NCBI GenBank assembly: GCA_024137785.1
Contig: JAHRHZ010000058.1
Span: 942,812 to 1,006,811 of the forward strand
Reading direction: 5' to 3'
Length of the DNA: 64,000 bases
DNA from: Ginglymostoma cirratum
Taxonomy: Eukaryota
Under the pieces are notes generated by a model. That model worked only from the letters and a program-made list of their open reading frames with translations, searched no databases and was not told the origin of the DNA. This document shows positions 12,150 through 25,397 of the stretch, piece by piece; the stretch's first letter is position 1, and each line of letters opens with the position of its first letter. The translations under genes and the position numbers were made by a program.

Positions 12150-14349
12150 AATTTGATAAAAATCATGCTGGAACGCCATGTGCTAATGGGCACCATTTTG
12201 GTACCAATCTAACAGCACATTCCCCTACTACTGGGTTTGCCAGAAGTGGTGGGCGAACAATTCTATCAGTGCCTCTCTCACTGTCGGCACTTCCCTCCAA
12301 CCCCTGAACTATCCATGATTTAATGAATGGTGGCTTCAGCCTAGGATGGCCCACCCTCACCCAGTTATTTAAGTTCCTTTCACAAATAGTTAACAGGTTT
12401 TTTTTTAACTGGAAGTGACAATTCAGAAGCCCAGTCTAGGCCTTGGTTGGAAAGAGGACATCCTTCCCTCATTGGCGCCCCTTCACAATCTGATATCCTC
12501 CTGAGCCCTAGCCACCTGTCTGCATGTCCCTGACACCCTGGCCTGTGTCCTCTGGCCCTTAACCCCCTCACCAAACCCACCCTCAGCTGAATGTTTCCTC
12601 CGTTGTCTTCCCCAAGAATACCTTCCACCCCTAATTTATCTGTATTGTGGTTTCCAACTCTTCTTTGTCAGAGCCTGGGTCCAGTACCAGCTGTGGCCAC
12701 CACTCCCAGTGGTGCTGCAAGACATGTAGATTTGTGGCAGCTCTCAAAGGGGTGGTACTTCTTCCCCAGATGGAAGCCCCACCCCTTTCCAAATTGAACT
12801 CGTCAAAGCATAAACCAGGAGATAGGCTTCACAGACCCCAGTGTTTGAATAGCTGAATGGAGAAACTCCAACAACCATAAAATCCTGCTACCTGAAGCTA
12901 ACTTTTGGGCCTGGAGCTCAAACGTAAAAGTCGAACCAGTGAGCCAGCTGCTGATGTGTAACCTGCAGCACGCCACCCTTCGCCTCTCCGCCTCACTGGG
13001 TTGACTATAACACTGTTTACTGGGATTTTCCTGCTGTTGAATAATGTTACCCTGGAATAAACTCCCACAATTAATCTTCTCCGCAAGCTTTGCAAACACA
13101 GAAGCCTCACCCCTCGGTTTCACCAAACCTGTGCTTTCACACTGAAATTTACAAGAAGAGGAGTGGGGCATGGGAGGGGTGATGTTGTATGAGGTACTGA
13201 TTCGGGAAGAGTTAATGTTAAGTTTAATTAGTTTTGCCCAATTTGACAATGTCTTTGATGGAGATGAGGGCTGTCTACCATGAGGGTGTGATGGAGACAA
13301 ATGTGTCATATCTGCCCCCTGACAATTATAAATAATGCCTGACTTGTTGATGTTATTTGTATCAATTGCAATAAATTACACCTTGTCATGTAGGACAAGT
13401 TCCTCTTCTTGTTAAGAGTCTTTAGTGGTTTATTGACTGCTGCCGATACTTAGTCATGTCCCTAGATTTAGCACAAAAAGGAGCATTACTTGCAGAAAAC
13501 TGCCCCAGCCACAAGCCAACACGACACGGTGATCCACTGAAATATCCATTCGACCCAAGAATATTTTCAAAAGGAAAGTAGATTCACCACTTTCAAAACA
13601 AAAATGACTGCTTCACGAAGACACAGAGAATCAGTCAGCAGTTGAAATGTTAAAACCAACAAACGGTCAGCAGCACTTCTGGAGGCAGCAAAAGACTGAA
13701 AGCAGAACATCCTGAGAAAACTTTGACCTCAAAGCTGGTAAAAGGCACAGTGAAAACTGCATAGGCGAGGAAGAGAGTGATCGCTGGCAACAGTGAGACA
13801 AGCCAGAGAAGAAAAGTTAGTGTGAGTTGTTGGGGGCTCCAGGAGGCCAATTAGAAACCCTTGAACACAAAAGGGGGGTGGGTACATTAAAATAATGGCT
13901 CAAACATCTGGGCAGGGAAAGAAATGAAGTAGCTACCCTTCAAAATGAGCATTGCAGACAGATCAAGTAGTTGCATGAGACACAGCTACAGCAGACAGAG
14001 GAAAACTCAGAAAATGAACTCAAATCCAAGCCACAGTATCAGAAATCTCACTGAGTTTGCTTCAAGGGACACAGAGGTAAGTTGTCTAAAAAAAATGAGG
14101 AAAGGGTCTTTGTGAAGAAACAGAGAAGAGACTTCAGATTTTTGGAAGATTAGGGCATTTGTAATTTAAACTGTAATCCCGGCAGGAAGATGTATTATCA
14201 TTGCAGCCACTGATGTTTGGATGTAAGATTGTGCACGGGGACATGCTTTGAGGAGAGACAATTGGGAATAGGTTCTTCCTGTGAAGAGGAAGGAAATCTC
14301 CATCTTAGCTGCAGAAGGCGGGAAACTCCTCAGAAAGCAGGCCTTTGTT

Positions 14350-15045
14350 TACTTGCTCACGGTGTGTGGGTATCACTGGCTGGGTCAATGTTTGCTGCTG
14401 ATCCCTAATTGCCCTGGACAATGTGCTGGTGAGCTGCATGCTCAACCTAGGAGCAACTTGCAAGTGGTGGTGTCCCCAAGTACCTGCTGCCCGTGTCCTT
14501 CTAGATGATAGGGGCTGTGGGCTTGCTAGATGCTGTCAGAGGATGCTTGGTAAGTTATTGCACTGCACCTTGTAGACGGTATGCACTGCTGCTACTGAAT
14601 GTTGGTGGTGCAGTCAGCGAATGCTGAAGACATTGGATGTAGTGCTATTCAACTGGTGTCAAACTTCTTGAGTGTTCTAGTAGGGGATTCTGTGAAGGTA
14701 ATGTCATTGAATGTCAAAACAATTAGATTCTGTCTTGTTGAAGATGGCCATTGCTTGACACTTTTGGGGCATAAAGTCCTTGCCCTTAATCAGTCCAAAC
14801 TTGGAGATCATCCAGGTCTTGTGGGGTAGACAGAGACTGCTTCAGTATCTGAGGAGTCATATATTGGTTCTGAACATTGTACAATTACCAGTGAACGTTT
14901 CCAGTTCTGACAATATTATTGAGGGAAGGTCGTTGATGGAGCAGCTAAAGATGGGTGGGCCTAGCACACTGCTCTGAGGAACTCAGGCGGAGATGTTCTG
15001 ACTGAGGTGACTGAACACAGCCACCTTCATTTGTGGTAGCTACTG
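14350..15045 (-). mobile_element. Decayed CR1/L2-group LINE 3' fragment (family B)
   Basis: Colinear with 39175-40130 (cactggctgg..ca..tt..tg...atcccta; atggccattgcttg; ttcagtatctgaggagtca; ctgaacattgt). Confidence 0.7.
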
Positions 15046-15786
15046 AGGTCCTGACGGAGACAGGCATGTCATCTCTAATAGCTGTACCTAATGTTATTTG
15101 TACCCATTGCTATCATGCAACAAACTATTTATTGTTATGTAGAACAAATGCCTCTTCTTGTTAAGACTCTTTAGTGGTTTATCTTCTATCGCCAATAGTC
15201 ACAACCTTAGACTGTTATAGACAGGTGGATTGGTGGCAGCAAACTATCCCAGTCATAAACCCATTTGTGGTTTGTAGCCAGAGTGTAATCTGATAGGGGT
15301 GCCTGCTGGTTGGGGGAGGGGAAACAAGGGTTTTGCAAGACCTCGTGTGGGGAGGCTCTTCTGGTGGGCATAGGAGGTTGGTAAAACCTATTATCATCTT
15401 TGACTAGACACCAGCCTGAGTAGGGAAAGTTGCCAGACTGCACACTTGGCAAAGTCCTCTCTTGTTGCAAATTGAGTTATAACTGCATTGGGAGGAGATC
15501 CTTAGATGGCCATGAATTGGCTACTTAAGGGTTTGCATTGTCCAACGTGCAGTAGAGCTACCTGACCTTGCCCCTGGCACTGGTAAAAACGTGGAACTGT
15601 ACTGATAGATACCAGGGTGGTGTCTGTGGCATGGCGACCGTTTCCTCCCCTCCCACCTTCCCCTACCTCAACTTAGAGGGGACCATCAATCCCAGGCTGA
15701 TCTATCAGGGGCTGCCTGATGTTTTCTGGTTAAACGTCTATTTATGCTGGAAAATATAAATACGGTTGCATTCAGATATTAAATCT

Positions 15787-15891
15787 GTGTATGTGTGTGT
15801 GTGTGTGTGTGTTCTCGTGAGTGTGTGAAAGTCTGCATTTGTGAGTGTGTGTGTGTGTATGTGTGTGTGCATGTGTCTATCTTTGTGAGTG

Positions 15892-15925
<34 letters not shown>

Positions 15926-15968
15926 CAAGTGAGTAAGAGTATGTGTGTGTGCACGCATGTGTTTGTGT
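15787..15968. repeat. (TG)n microsatellite block
   Basis: Long imperfect TG repeats. Confidence 0.95.
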
Positions 15969-16555
15969 CATGTTTTTATGGAGCCCTACTTGAGCTTCCT
16001 GGTATGGAGTGTGACACACCAAAGTGATAGTTATGATCTCCTGAGCTAAACAAGATCATTGAAAATTGAGCTACCAAAATCGTCTGAGTGAAGGTACAGC
16101 ATGAAACATTTTGGAACAGGAGTATGGAGCTCTATTGGAACGGTCCAAACAGACTGGGATACACCAAAAAAATCACCGTGAGTTCTTACATTGATGAAAA
16201 GTTAACTACAATAATCCCTCAATGTCTTGACACAGCATGAGCTATTACTGCACTGTGTTGGAACAGTACCGACAGTGCAGGAATAGCCCTGACACCTTTC
16301 TAAGCAGCCATGCTGATAGCTCTCAATCAGCAGAAAAATCAGCACCACAACTTTGGCCCAATGAACCAGTCGGTCAACTATTTCCAACAAAAATCAGCTA
16401 ATTATCCTTGTGCGTTCCCCCAGCGCCCATTTCACGGGTCCCTTTTCCTGGACTGGCTCTCCTACATATTGCCCACTGGATACTGTAAGGTGTTTTAGGG
16501 TTAGTGAAACAGCTAATTAGCCCTAGAGCTGAAAAAGGCCAAGTTGTAAGAATTG

Positions 16556-16732
16556 TCGATACAGTGTGGAGCCGGAGGAACACAGCAGGTCCGGCAGCAT
16601 CAGAGGAGCAGGAAAGTCGACGTTTCGGGTCAGGGCCCTTCATCATGACTGTGGAGGGCGAAGGGAGCTCAGAAATGAATAGAGGGAGGAGGGGTGGGGC
16701 TGGGGACGTTAGGTAGGGTGCTGATAGGTGGA
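16556..16732 (-). mobile_element. Inverted PLE 3' end fragment
   Basis: Reverse complement of about 17690-17860. Contains the hammerhead-like ATGATGA-AGGGCCCTGACCC-GAAACGTC on minus. Confidence 0.75.
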
Positions 16733-16964
16733 TGACACACCAAAGTATTGTTACGATCTCCTGAGCTAATCAAGATAATTGAAAATTCAACTACCAGAAC
16801 CATCTGACTGAAGGGACAACCTGAAATATTTTGGAACAGGAGTACGGGTTTCCTTTGGAGCTTTCCAAACAGATTAGGATATACTAAACAGATCACCATG
16901 AGTTCTCCATGAAAATTGAAGGAACAACACCTTATATTCTGCCTCAAAAATTGGACTCTGTATT

Positions 16965-17902
16965 CTGCCCATCCAATGCATTATCCTCCACGACTTCCGC
17001 CACCTACAATCCGACCCCGCCACCAAAGAGATATTTCACTCCCCACCCCTATCTGCCTTTCATAGGGACCACTCACTCCATGACTCCCTCGTCCGCTCCA
17101 CACTCCCCACCAACCCCACCACCCCTGGCATCTTTCCCTGCAACTACAGGAAGTGCTACACCTCCCCCCTTCACCTCCATCCAATGCCCCAAATAATCAT
17201 TCTGTACCCAACAGGGGTTCACCTCTACATCCTTTAACCTGGTCTACTGTATCCTTTGCTCCCGATGTGGCCTCCTTAACATCGGGGAGACAAAGCACAG
17301 ACTGGGTGACCAATTCACGGAGCATCTGCGCTCTGTACGCTATAGTCAACAACACCTTCCAGTTGCCAGCCATTTCAACTCCCCCTCCCACTCCATTCAT
17401 GACATGTCCATCCTGGGCCTCTTCCAATGTCACAATGACGCCACATGAGAATTGGAGGAACAACACCTCAACTTCCACCTTGGGAGCTTACAGCCCAATT
17501 GCTTCATAGAATTCACCAGCTTCAAAATTTCTCCGCCTCCGCCCCCACCCACCCCCCTCCCCCCACCAGCCTCATCCTACGTCCAGCCCTCCTTCTCATT
17601 CCCGCCTCCTTAACCTGTCACTACCCCTCCATTCTTCCTTCTCACCTATCTGCCCCTCCCTTCCCATATACCAATCCCCACTACCCCTACACGCACCCAC
17701 CTATCACTAGCCCACCTACCTTCACCCAGCCCCAACGCCCCCATTTATTTCTGAGCTCCCTTCCTCGTCCACAGTCCTGAAGAAGGATCTCAATCTGAAA
17801 CATCAACCTTCCTTCTCCTCTGAAGCTGCCTGACCTGCCGTGTTCCTCCAATTCCACTCTGTGTTATCTCTGACTCCAGCATCTGCAGTTCTTGTTATCT
17901 CA
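16965..17902 (+). mobile_element. 5'-truncated Penelope-like element (Neptune-type), GIY-YIG endonuclease end plus 3' tail, inactivated
   Basis: Manual translation: FPCNYRKCYT (Cys linker), then from 17218 FTSTSFNLVYCILCSRCGLLNIGETKHRLGDQFTEHLRSVR...HFNSPSH...DAT*ELEEQHLNFHLGSLQPN. C-rich tail and CTGAAGA...GAAACATC core near 17777. Confidence 0.85.
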
Positions 17903-18829
17903 TGGTTGTAATAGCTACCGGCTTGTTTGGCAACAGCCACCAGTATATCTGGGAACTACCAAACACTTACTGCCTCCTGTAACCCCATACATGTGCATGA
18001 AGTACCACCAACCACTGAAGGTCAAGCTTAAGAGTTTTTTTAGGGGAGGTTAATAGAATTCCATTGCAATCAGGAGAATGGATAATTTCTTGGGAAGCAT
18101 CTTTCAACAGGGTGCAGCAGAAGAGTAGAGAGACAAGGCGCACAGAAAGCTAAGAGAGACAAATAGTTATAGAATGAAGAAGGTAGAAAGAGCAGACAGT
18201 AAATAGAGAAATAAAGGGAAGCCTACAAAGCATGGTGTTAAAATGCACATGGGTTAATGCTGGAAGTGCCACAAAAGGTGGACAAGCTATAAGCTCAAGT
18301 TGTCACTTTCAGTTATGATGCGATGGATATAATAGTGAGCATTTACACCAGCTATCTAGCTTTAACATGGGTGCAAATGAAAATTAGACTTATCTGGCAA
18401 CAGGTTGGATAGGGAAGAGAGAAAGAAAGAGGAGCTGACAGCATTGATCAGAGATGATAATACCGTTCTTCAGAGGCACAATGTGTGTTAGATTGTACAA
18501 AGACAAACCTCTGGGATCAGTGTTAAGTGACAGTGAAAGAGCAATGAGTGATCCCCAAATATGATGAGATAGAGGAGCCAATCTGTAGGAAATTTCAATG
18601 GAATGTAGACATAACAAAATAACAATCGCAGAGGACTTCAACCATTTAATATCAACTGAGGAAAAAACAGAGTAATGAACAAAAGCGATGAAGACTTCTC
18701 AAAGCAGGAACAGGAGAACAGGAAACACCATGTTTCTAACTCAAGGAGGAAGCTGGATCTGGGAATGGAATAAAGCAGTGAAAAGTTCTTTGTTGGAACC
18801 ATAGCTGGCTCATAATGATAATATGATTG

Positions 18830-19470
18830 GAGTTATAACGTCATACAGCACAGAAACAGACCCTTCAGTCCAACCAGTTCATGCTGACCATAATCCCAAG
18901 CTAAACTGGTCCCACCTGCCTGCACCTGGCCTTTATCTCTCCAAACATTTCTTGTTCATGCATTTATCCAAATGTCTTTTGAACGTTGTAGCTGTACCCG
19001 CATCCATCACTTATTCTGGAAGTTCATTCCACACATGAACGACTCTCTGTGTATAAACATTGCCCCTCATGTCTTTTTTGAACCTTTCTCCTCAGCTCAG
19101 AAATATGCTCTCTAGTCTTGAAATCCCCACCATAGGAAAAAACACCTGCTTCTCACCTTAAATAATACTCCTCACGATTTTATAAACCATGATAAGGTCA
19201 CCTCTCAACGTCCTGTACTACAGTGAAAAAGGTCCCAGCCTATCCAGCCCATCCTTATAATTCAAAGTCTGTATTCCCAGCAACATCCTGGTAAATCTTT
19301 TCTGAGCCGTCTCCGGCTTAACAATATCCTTCCTATCACAGGGTGACCAGAACTGGAAACAGTACTCCAGAAGAGGCCTCACCAACGTCCTATACAAACT
19401 CAACATGATGTCCCAACTCCTATATTCAAACATCTGAGCAAGTGTACTAAACACTGTCTTAACCATCCTA
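18830..19470 (-). mobile_element. CR1 LINE 3' end
   Basis: ORF 19218..19466 reads LYRTLVRPLLEYCFQFWSP...AQKRFTRML, the CR1 ORF2 C-terminus, followed by the CR1 3'UTR. Confidence 0.9.
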
Positions 19471-20024
19471 CCAACTGAAAAGGAATAATTTTCAAGGATT
19501 TGAGAAAGGATTGAGTTCAGCTGAGGTGAAAGAACAAATCAGCCAAGAAAATGAGCAAAGGCAGAGTGTTGAGGTACAAACACTTCCGATATAAAACCAG
19601 CATGATCCCGTAAGGAGGAAAATGAGGGTGTACAAATCTGAAACTCCCTGGTCTATAAAAAAAAGAGTTAAAATGAAACAGAAGAAAGAGGTTAGTGATA
19701 AATATGAGGTACAGAATGAAGTTAAAATCATAAAACAGGATACGAGGTACAGACAAAGTCAACGATATATGAAAAGCAAAGCAAGAGTTTTCAGGGAACA
19801 TTAAAAGGAACTCTAAAATCTTTCATAAATAAAAGGATAATTAATGGAATGATGGGTTTGATTATGGCCAAAAAATGAAATGCCACAAAAAGCAAATTGA
19901 ATTCCCTGCTAAGATAACAGATGGTGATAGAAGGTATGTGGTTACAGGTTGTATATAGCTTGTCGAAAGACGCTTCATAATTCATAGCAATAGTTCAGAA
20001 ATTAGGTAAAGTCACCACAACCCC

Positions 20025-20197
20025 ACTCTCTCATTGGAGGGAGGTGACTGATGGCAAGTTTAATCAGAGGGACACACCTTAGCTGAGAAGGTAGGACCTT
20101 CTGGTTAACCTCAGCATGTGTAGGAATTGAACTCACAATATTGGCATCACTCTGTGTTGTAAGCCAGCTATCCAGTCAACCAAGCTAACAGGACCCC
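20025..20197 (-). mobile_element. Short tRNA-derived SINE
   Basis: Minus strand ggggtcctgTTAGCTTGGTTG...GAGTTCAATTCC carries A/B-box-like motifs. Confidence 0.5.
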
Positions 20198-23100
20198 AAT
20201 TGGAAAACCAAAGCACTTGGTATTCTGTAGGTGATAGAAACATGGATGCACAATTGGCTAAGACAGGTAGACAATGTTAAATGCAGATGTTAAATGGATG
20301 TTTTTCTAACTGCTGTCCTCTAGAGGGCAGTATTAGAACCATGGTCTTTCTTATATATAAATTTCCTATACTTGCGGATGAGAATAAACCTGACAATACA
20401 GTAAACAGTGAGCACGTCAGTAGTAGATGTTAGGAAGACATACTCAAACCAATAAAAAGGGAAGACATATGGGGGCTAAAACGTAATGTAGTTATGTTTG
20501 AAGTGATGCATTTTGGGAGAAAAAACACAGAGAGATAGATAATCCGAATAGTCTTATTTTTAGTGTTGGTCTAAGAGGATAGGAACTTGGGGTATTTATT
20601 CACAAATTCTTGAAGGCGATAGGGCGGCTTGTTAAGGCTGTTAAAAAAGATGTGTGATATGTGTCTTCACAAATTGTGAAACTGAATAAAAAATGAAGTT
20701 GGCCTAAACTACTGGTTATAGGCCTCAGCTAGAGTTTTGAGTACAATTCTAGGCACCACAACTTAAGAAGGCCTTGGCTACAATACAGAACAGGCTTATC
20801 AGGATGATATTCATGGTTGAGGGAGTTCAGTGGAGTGGAGAATTCGGAAGAACCAGGATTATTCTACTCAGAGAAGAAAATTTGGAAGTTTTTGATAGAC
20901 CAAGTGAAGAGAACTTGCTACCTTTGGAAGTGAGATGCAACCAGGAGTCATAATTGGCGAAGAAACAACAGTATAAACTGGTACCACCAGACCTTGGATA
21001 AATTCCCTCAGTTAATACAGTTCCAGAGGGATACACCAAATTCTTTAGGTCCTGGGAAAGAAGGGATGAATTGGTTCCTCCTTTTTATTCACCTGCCCTG
21101 TCATTTTTTGTTTGAAACGGGTTAATATATAAAAGATTTCTCCCTCATGGATACCTTTCTCGCAGATCAAATGAATTGTGCTTTAAAGGGATGCAACTTA
21201 AACAAGTTTGCTTGAGTTATCAACAGTGTGGCTTTACTTGTGATTGATCTTGAAAAGAAGTATTAACACGACATACATACACACAGATTAGAAATAACAA
21301 GTAACTACAAAAAAGATACAAGTTAAAAGATATCTAAATCCGTCCCGCTGGGTGGTTCACAAAAAGTAGATTGTGGACTGATGATAGTTGAGCAGTGGAT
21401 TTAGATATTTTTGCCTTTTGCAGGCTATTTGATTCCTTTTGTCCCTTGTCCTTTAGATAGTGGCTAGTTGGTATCATTCCCTTCTGACTCGCTTGCTGGC
21501 TAGTTGGCTTCCTACACTCTTGCTAGGCTGACATTCTGATGCAATACTGAGTATTGCTCTATCAGCTTGATGTTAGATTGAGGCCCTATCATGTGACTGA
21601 GAATGATGCACTGTTACTATTTCTTTCAAACTATCTGCCCTAAAACCTCCCCGGTATATGACTTGCTGATTAAATTTGCTTTATTTTGATCCTGTGAAGC
21701 GTATTTGTACATTATGTTATATATTTAATATAAACACAAGTTATTATTGTTGAACTGATCTTTTGGGCCTACATGTCATTTTAACAGTAGGCCAAAGTAA
21801 TAGATGCATCACTTCCGGGCTCCTGGCCTAAGTAAGTGCCATTTGATTTAAAACCGTTCAATGTTCCTTGTAGATTCTTCTGACCTTCTGACCCTGGGCT
21901 TATTCCCCTCTCAGATTGAATGTTTACCCGATAAAATTCCCCATTCGTTATTTTTCAATGTGTCCCAAGAACAACTGTTACCCTTCACTCTCCTTCATCC
22001 CCATTAGCCACCGTTAACCCTGACTTTCATCCTCACATGATGAACTCATACTCTTTGGCCTCGGGCAACGTACCAAGATTGGAAAATGCTCAAGAAGCCT
22101 GAGGGTTAGAATTTGCAGAGCCTCATGTTTTGGAACAAGGAAGGTGCTGGAGGAATGTGTGAGGCATGGACCACAGCTTTGACTCCTACACCTCACGTGT
22201 CTCAGTCAATGTCAACATCGGACCTACTCTGCGTGGTCACATTTGGACATGGCGTGTACCTAACTGTCACTACAACATTACCATAGGTCAGTTACCTATC
22301 TGATTTAAAATCACCTCAGAAAGCAAGACAGATGCTCACCATGAGCCCGCTGCACTAACCTGCAACACAACTCACCATTCTCATCGCCTCCCACCACTGA
22401 CTGCTCTCTCAGCTGAGCCTCGGCAAGACTTAACCCCTGTGCTCTGGTTGACCACTGAGCTGAGCTTCAAACCCCATATCCTGTCCATCACTGAAAGTTC
22501 TGACGTCCACATCCCACCTTGGGCAAGCATCCTGTACAAAGGATCAGAACCCACAGCAGCCCTGGACCAGCCTGTCTCATCCACGGCATACAGTAAGTAC
22601 GATACACCACCAACCACAACATCTCCCAAACCGTCCCATTCCCCACCCCACCCACCCCCACCCCCCTCACCCCCACCACTCACAACTGGTGTACGAGAGG
22701 CCAAGCCAAAACAAAAAATTACCAAGGCCAATTAATTAAAAAAAATCTCTCTGAAGTTCTGTGGTAATTGACATCACTAGTCACTGCTAGCTCGCCTACC
22801 TTTTTTCACAGAAACTTGTTCCGTTTGCAGGAACCCACACCAGCTGAAGGCTTGCACTGATAATATACTTGTTGTACATTCCAGTGGCCTCTTCCAGCCT
22901 GTACATTTTCTGTGAAACATACCCTGAGCCACCTAAATATCCACATTTTCACATTTTATACTAAGTCAAGTTGGCCATTAGTGCCAAACAATATGAGAAA
23001 ATATCCTAAAAAGTCAATCATAACTTCTCAAAATCTCCTCTTCTCCTTTCCATTAAGCCCCAGGCTATGGTGAAGGCTCAAAACCCTGGTGTCAGATCTT

Positions 23101-24819
23101 GTTTTGAAGCTCTTATTGATTTACAGCAGAGTCTCAGTATATCTCAGCACATGAGGGGACCGCAACTGTCTTCTGGATATGCCTATAGTCTACGACAAGG
23201 TAACTGCCTGTATTTCAGGCCTTGACCTGGCCTGCAAACTCCTTTAGGACCTCGGTCAGTCACTTGAAGATCCCAAGGCAGTGAAACTGGGAACCCTTGG
23301 ATGAATGACATCCTTGAATTGAGGGACAGACAGCAGCAACGTGCTTAAAGTTTGTCATGTCGAATATTGCTCTCTTTCTGGTTCAGATTCATCCCCCACA
23401 GGTTTTTTTTTGTTGTCGGGGGCGTGGAGAGAATTACAGCAAGGGGGAAGACATAGGCAATGCACTTCATAGTAACCTCCCACCAGCACTTCACAAATCT
23501 ACATGTGCACCAACACGCAGTGTTTCAACACCCCCGTTTGATATAACTAAAACAGAAATTGTGCTGCCACATTATGACTATATCTTTATGATCAGACTTG
23601 TAACCACTATAAATGAGTAAGGAATTTAAGATTAAGTAAGATAAGCTAGAAGGCATTTTCAGAAGACTGATATCTTGAAGTGCTCCCCATTGCTGTGAGG
23701 ATTTACTGGAAAAGAATCTATTTAGTTTTGTTACTCAACAACATCCTTATTCAATAATTCTTGGGTAGGTTTGTGGTTGGCTCCAATTAAAAGGCCACAT
23801 TACATTTATTTTCCAATCTATAAGGGGCTGGATGCCTACAGAATTCCACTAGAGCAGATTCTGTGATGTGAATCACTCCAATGAAAAATTTGGGTGTAAA
23901 ACAGGGCCTGCTTTTCGCTTCTCCAATGGAGTTGACCCTGAATTAACTCCACAGAGGTTGGTGTCATGTTACCAAGTCAAGCTTTATTTGCAAGTGGGGA
24001 ATCCTTGACACTGATCCAGCACCCTCAGAGCCAGCTTGCAGAGTGAGCTGGATGACTGACTCTCCTCTTCGTATCTGTCGGCCAGGGCTCAGATTTAAAA
24101 CCAGAGTGAACTCTTCCAGGGGAGGCACCACCTGTGGCGTATCTGCCAGTGGGAAGCTGCTCAAAGATTCCACATTTGCTTCATGGCCTCTGGGACAGTG
24201 GTCCAACTTAGAATTGTACGCATTTAGAATGAAACCCCACTGCTGAAGCTATGGGTGACACAGCCTTGTCCTCTGTGAGTAGCCCTAGCAGGGGTTGTGG
24301 TCGTTACTCTTACAAATTTACATCCGTATAGGTAATGGTGGAACTTTCTCACTCCAAAGATGACCATCAAACCTTCCTTCTCTATTTTGACGAAATTGCA
24401 CTCTACATCAGGCAAAGTCTGGGAAGCACATGCTATTGGGCGTTTCTCTCCGCTGGGCCAGCTGTGAGCCAACACGTACCCTGATACCCTATGGGGAGGC
24501 ATCGTATGTCAGTACCAGATCTCACTTGGGATCATAGTGTGTCAACACTTAGACAACAATATCTGCTTCTTCACTTCCCCAAAGGCGATGTCTTGGTAAT
24601 ATGACCATTTCCAAGGATGACCCAAGGTGTAAGAGTGCCAGAATGGAGGTCAGAACTTTCTATAATAATTCACCAACCCAAGGGAAGACCTCAGCTCCAA
24701 TACAGACATAGGAACCAGGGCAACTTTGATCGCCCTCACTTTATCTTCCAATGGGTGTAACCCTGTATTGTTGACTCTGTAGCCCAAATACGTCACTCAG
24801 GTACACAGATGTTTTGACA

Positions 24820-25322
24820 ACAACACATTGATAAATAGTTATGATCTCTCTACCTTAATTAGTTTGTACAGTTTTGGATTACTCATTACTTTGGTTAGAC
24901 CCCTGGCATGCAATTCTTATACCTGTCATGTTACTCCAGTCATTTAGTTTGTCTCCAGCACCACCTTATTTTTAATTTTTTGTGGCTTTCTCTCTGCCTC
25001 ATTTAATCGGATTATAGGTCATCCCTTCGCTTGCTGTTCTGCTGTTGACACTTTACTCGCACTGTCTGACACTCTAGGCCACAGTAGGGACTTATCATCT
25101 GACACGCCTCTCACAGCAGTTGTATGATCTTTTGATCTCTTTGCCCTTGATCTCTCTGCCAATAAACCGTGGGTCTGTGTGCCACGTGCTGTCATTGCAG
25201 CTGACAAAAGGGGCTGTGCTCCGAAAGCTTGTGTGATTTGAAACAAACCTATTGGACTATAACCTGGTGTCGTGTGATTTCTGACTTTGTCCACCGAGTC
25301 CAACACTGGCACCTCCACATCA
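24820..25322 (+). mobile_element. PLE 3' end/pseudo-LTR inserted in the Gypsy pol
   Basis: CTGACAAAAGGGGCTGTGCTCCGAAAGC core near 25201, then aaacctattggactataacctggtgtcgtgtgattt...gtccaacactggcacctccacat, whose reverse complement is at 10441-10515. Confidence 0.7.
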
Positions 25323-25397
25323 TTTCTCGACCAATTTCGCCCATCTAGCTTGGGTCCAAGCCTTATACTACAATAAGCGAGGTTATGCTAGTTATGC

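Larger units (their letters stand above)
18230..20950 (+). mobile_element. Old, fragmented CR1-like LINE (endonuclease to 3' remnants) interrupted by younger inserts
   Basis: Scattered CR1 ORF2-like segments (aatgctggaagt; gaggacttcaac; gaagtgatgcattttgggag; aggcctcagctagag...caattctaggcaccaca). Confidence 0.5.

Noticed and set aside
12803-13309. 168-aa ATG-initiated minus-strand ORF
   Set aside because: No recognisable domain and a composition typical of random sequence. A length like this can arise by chance in 64 kb.
22381-22735. Pro/Gly-rich ORFs and C-runs
   Set aside because: Low-complexity C-rich tract with no splice or homology support.
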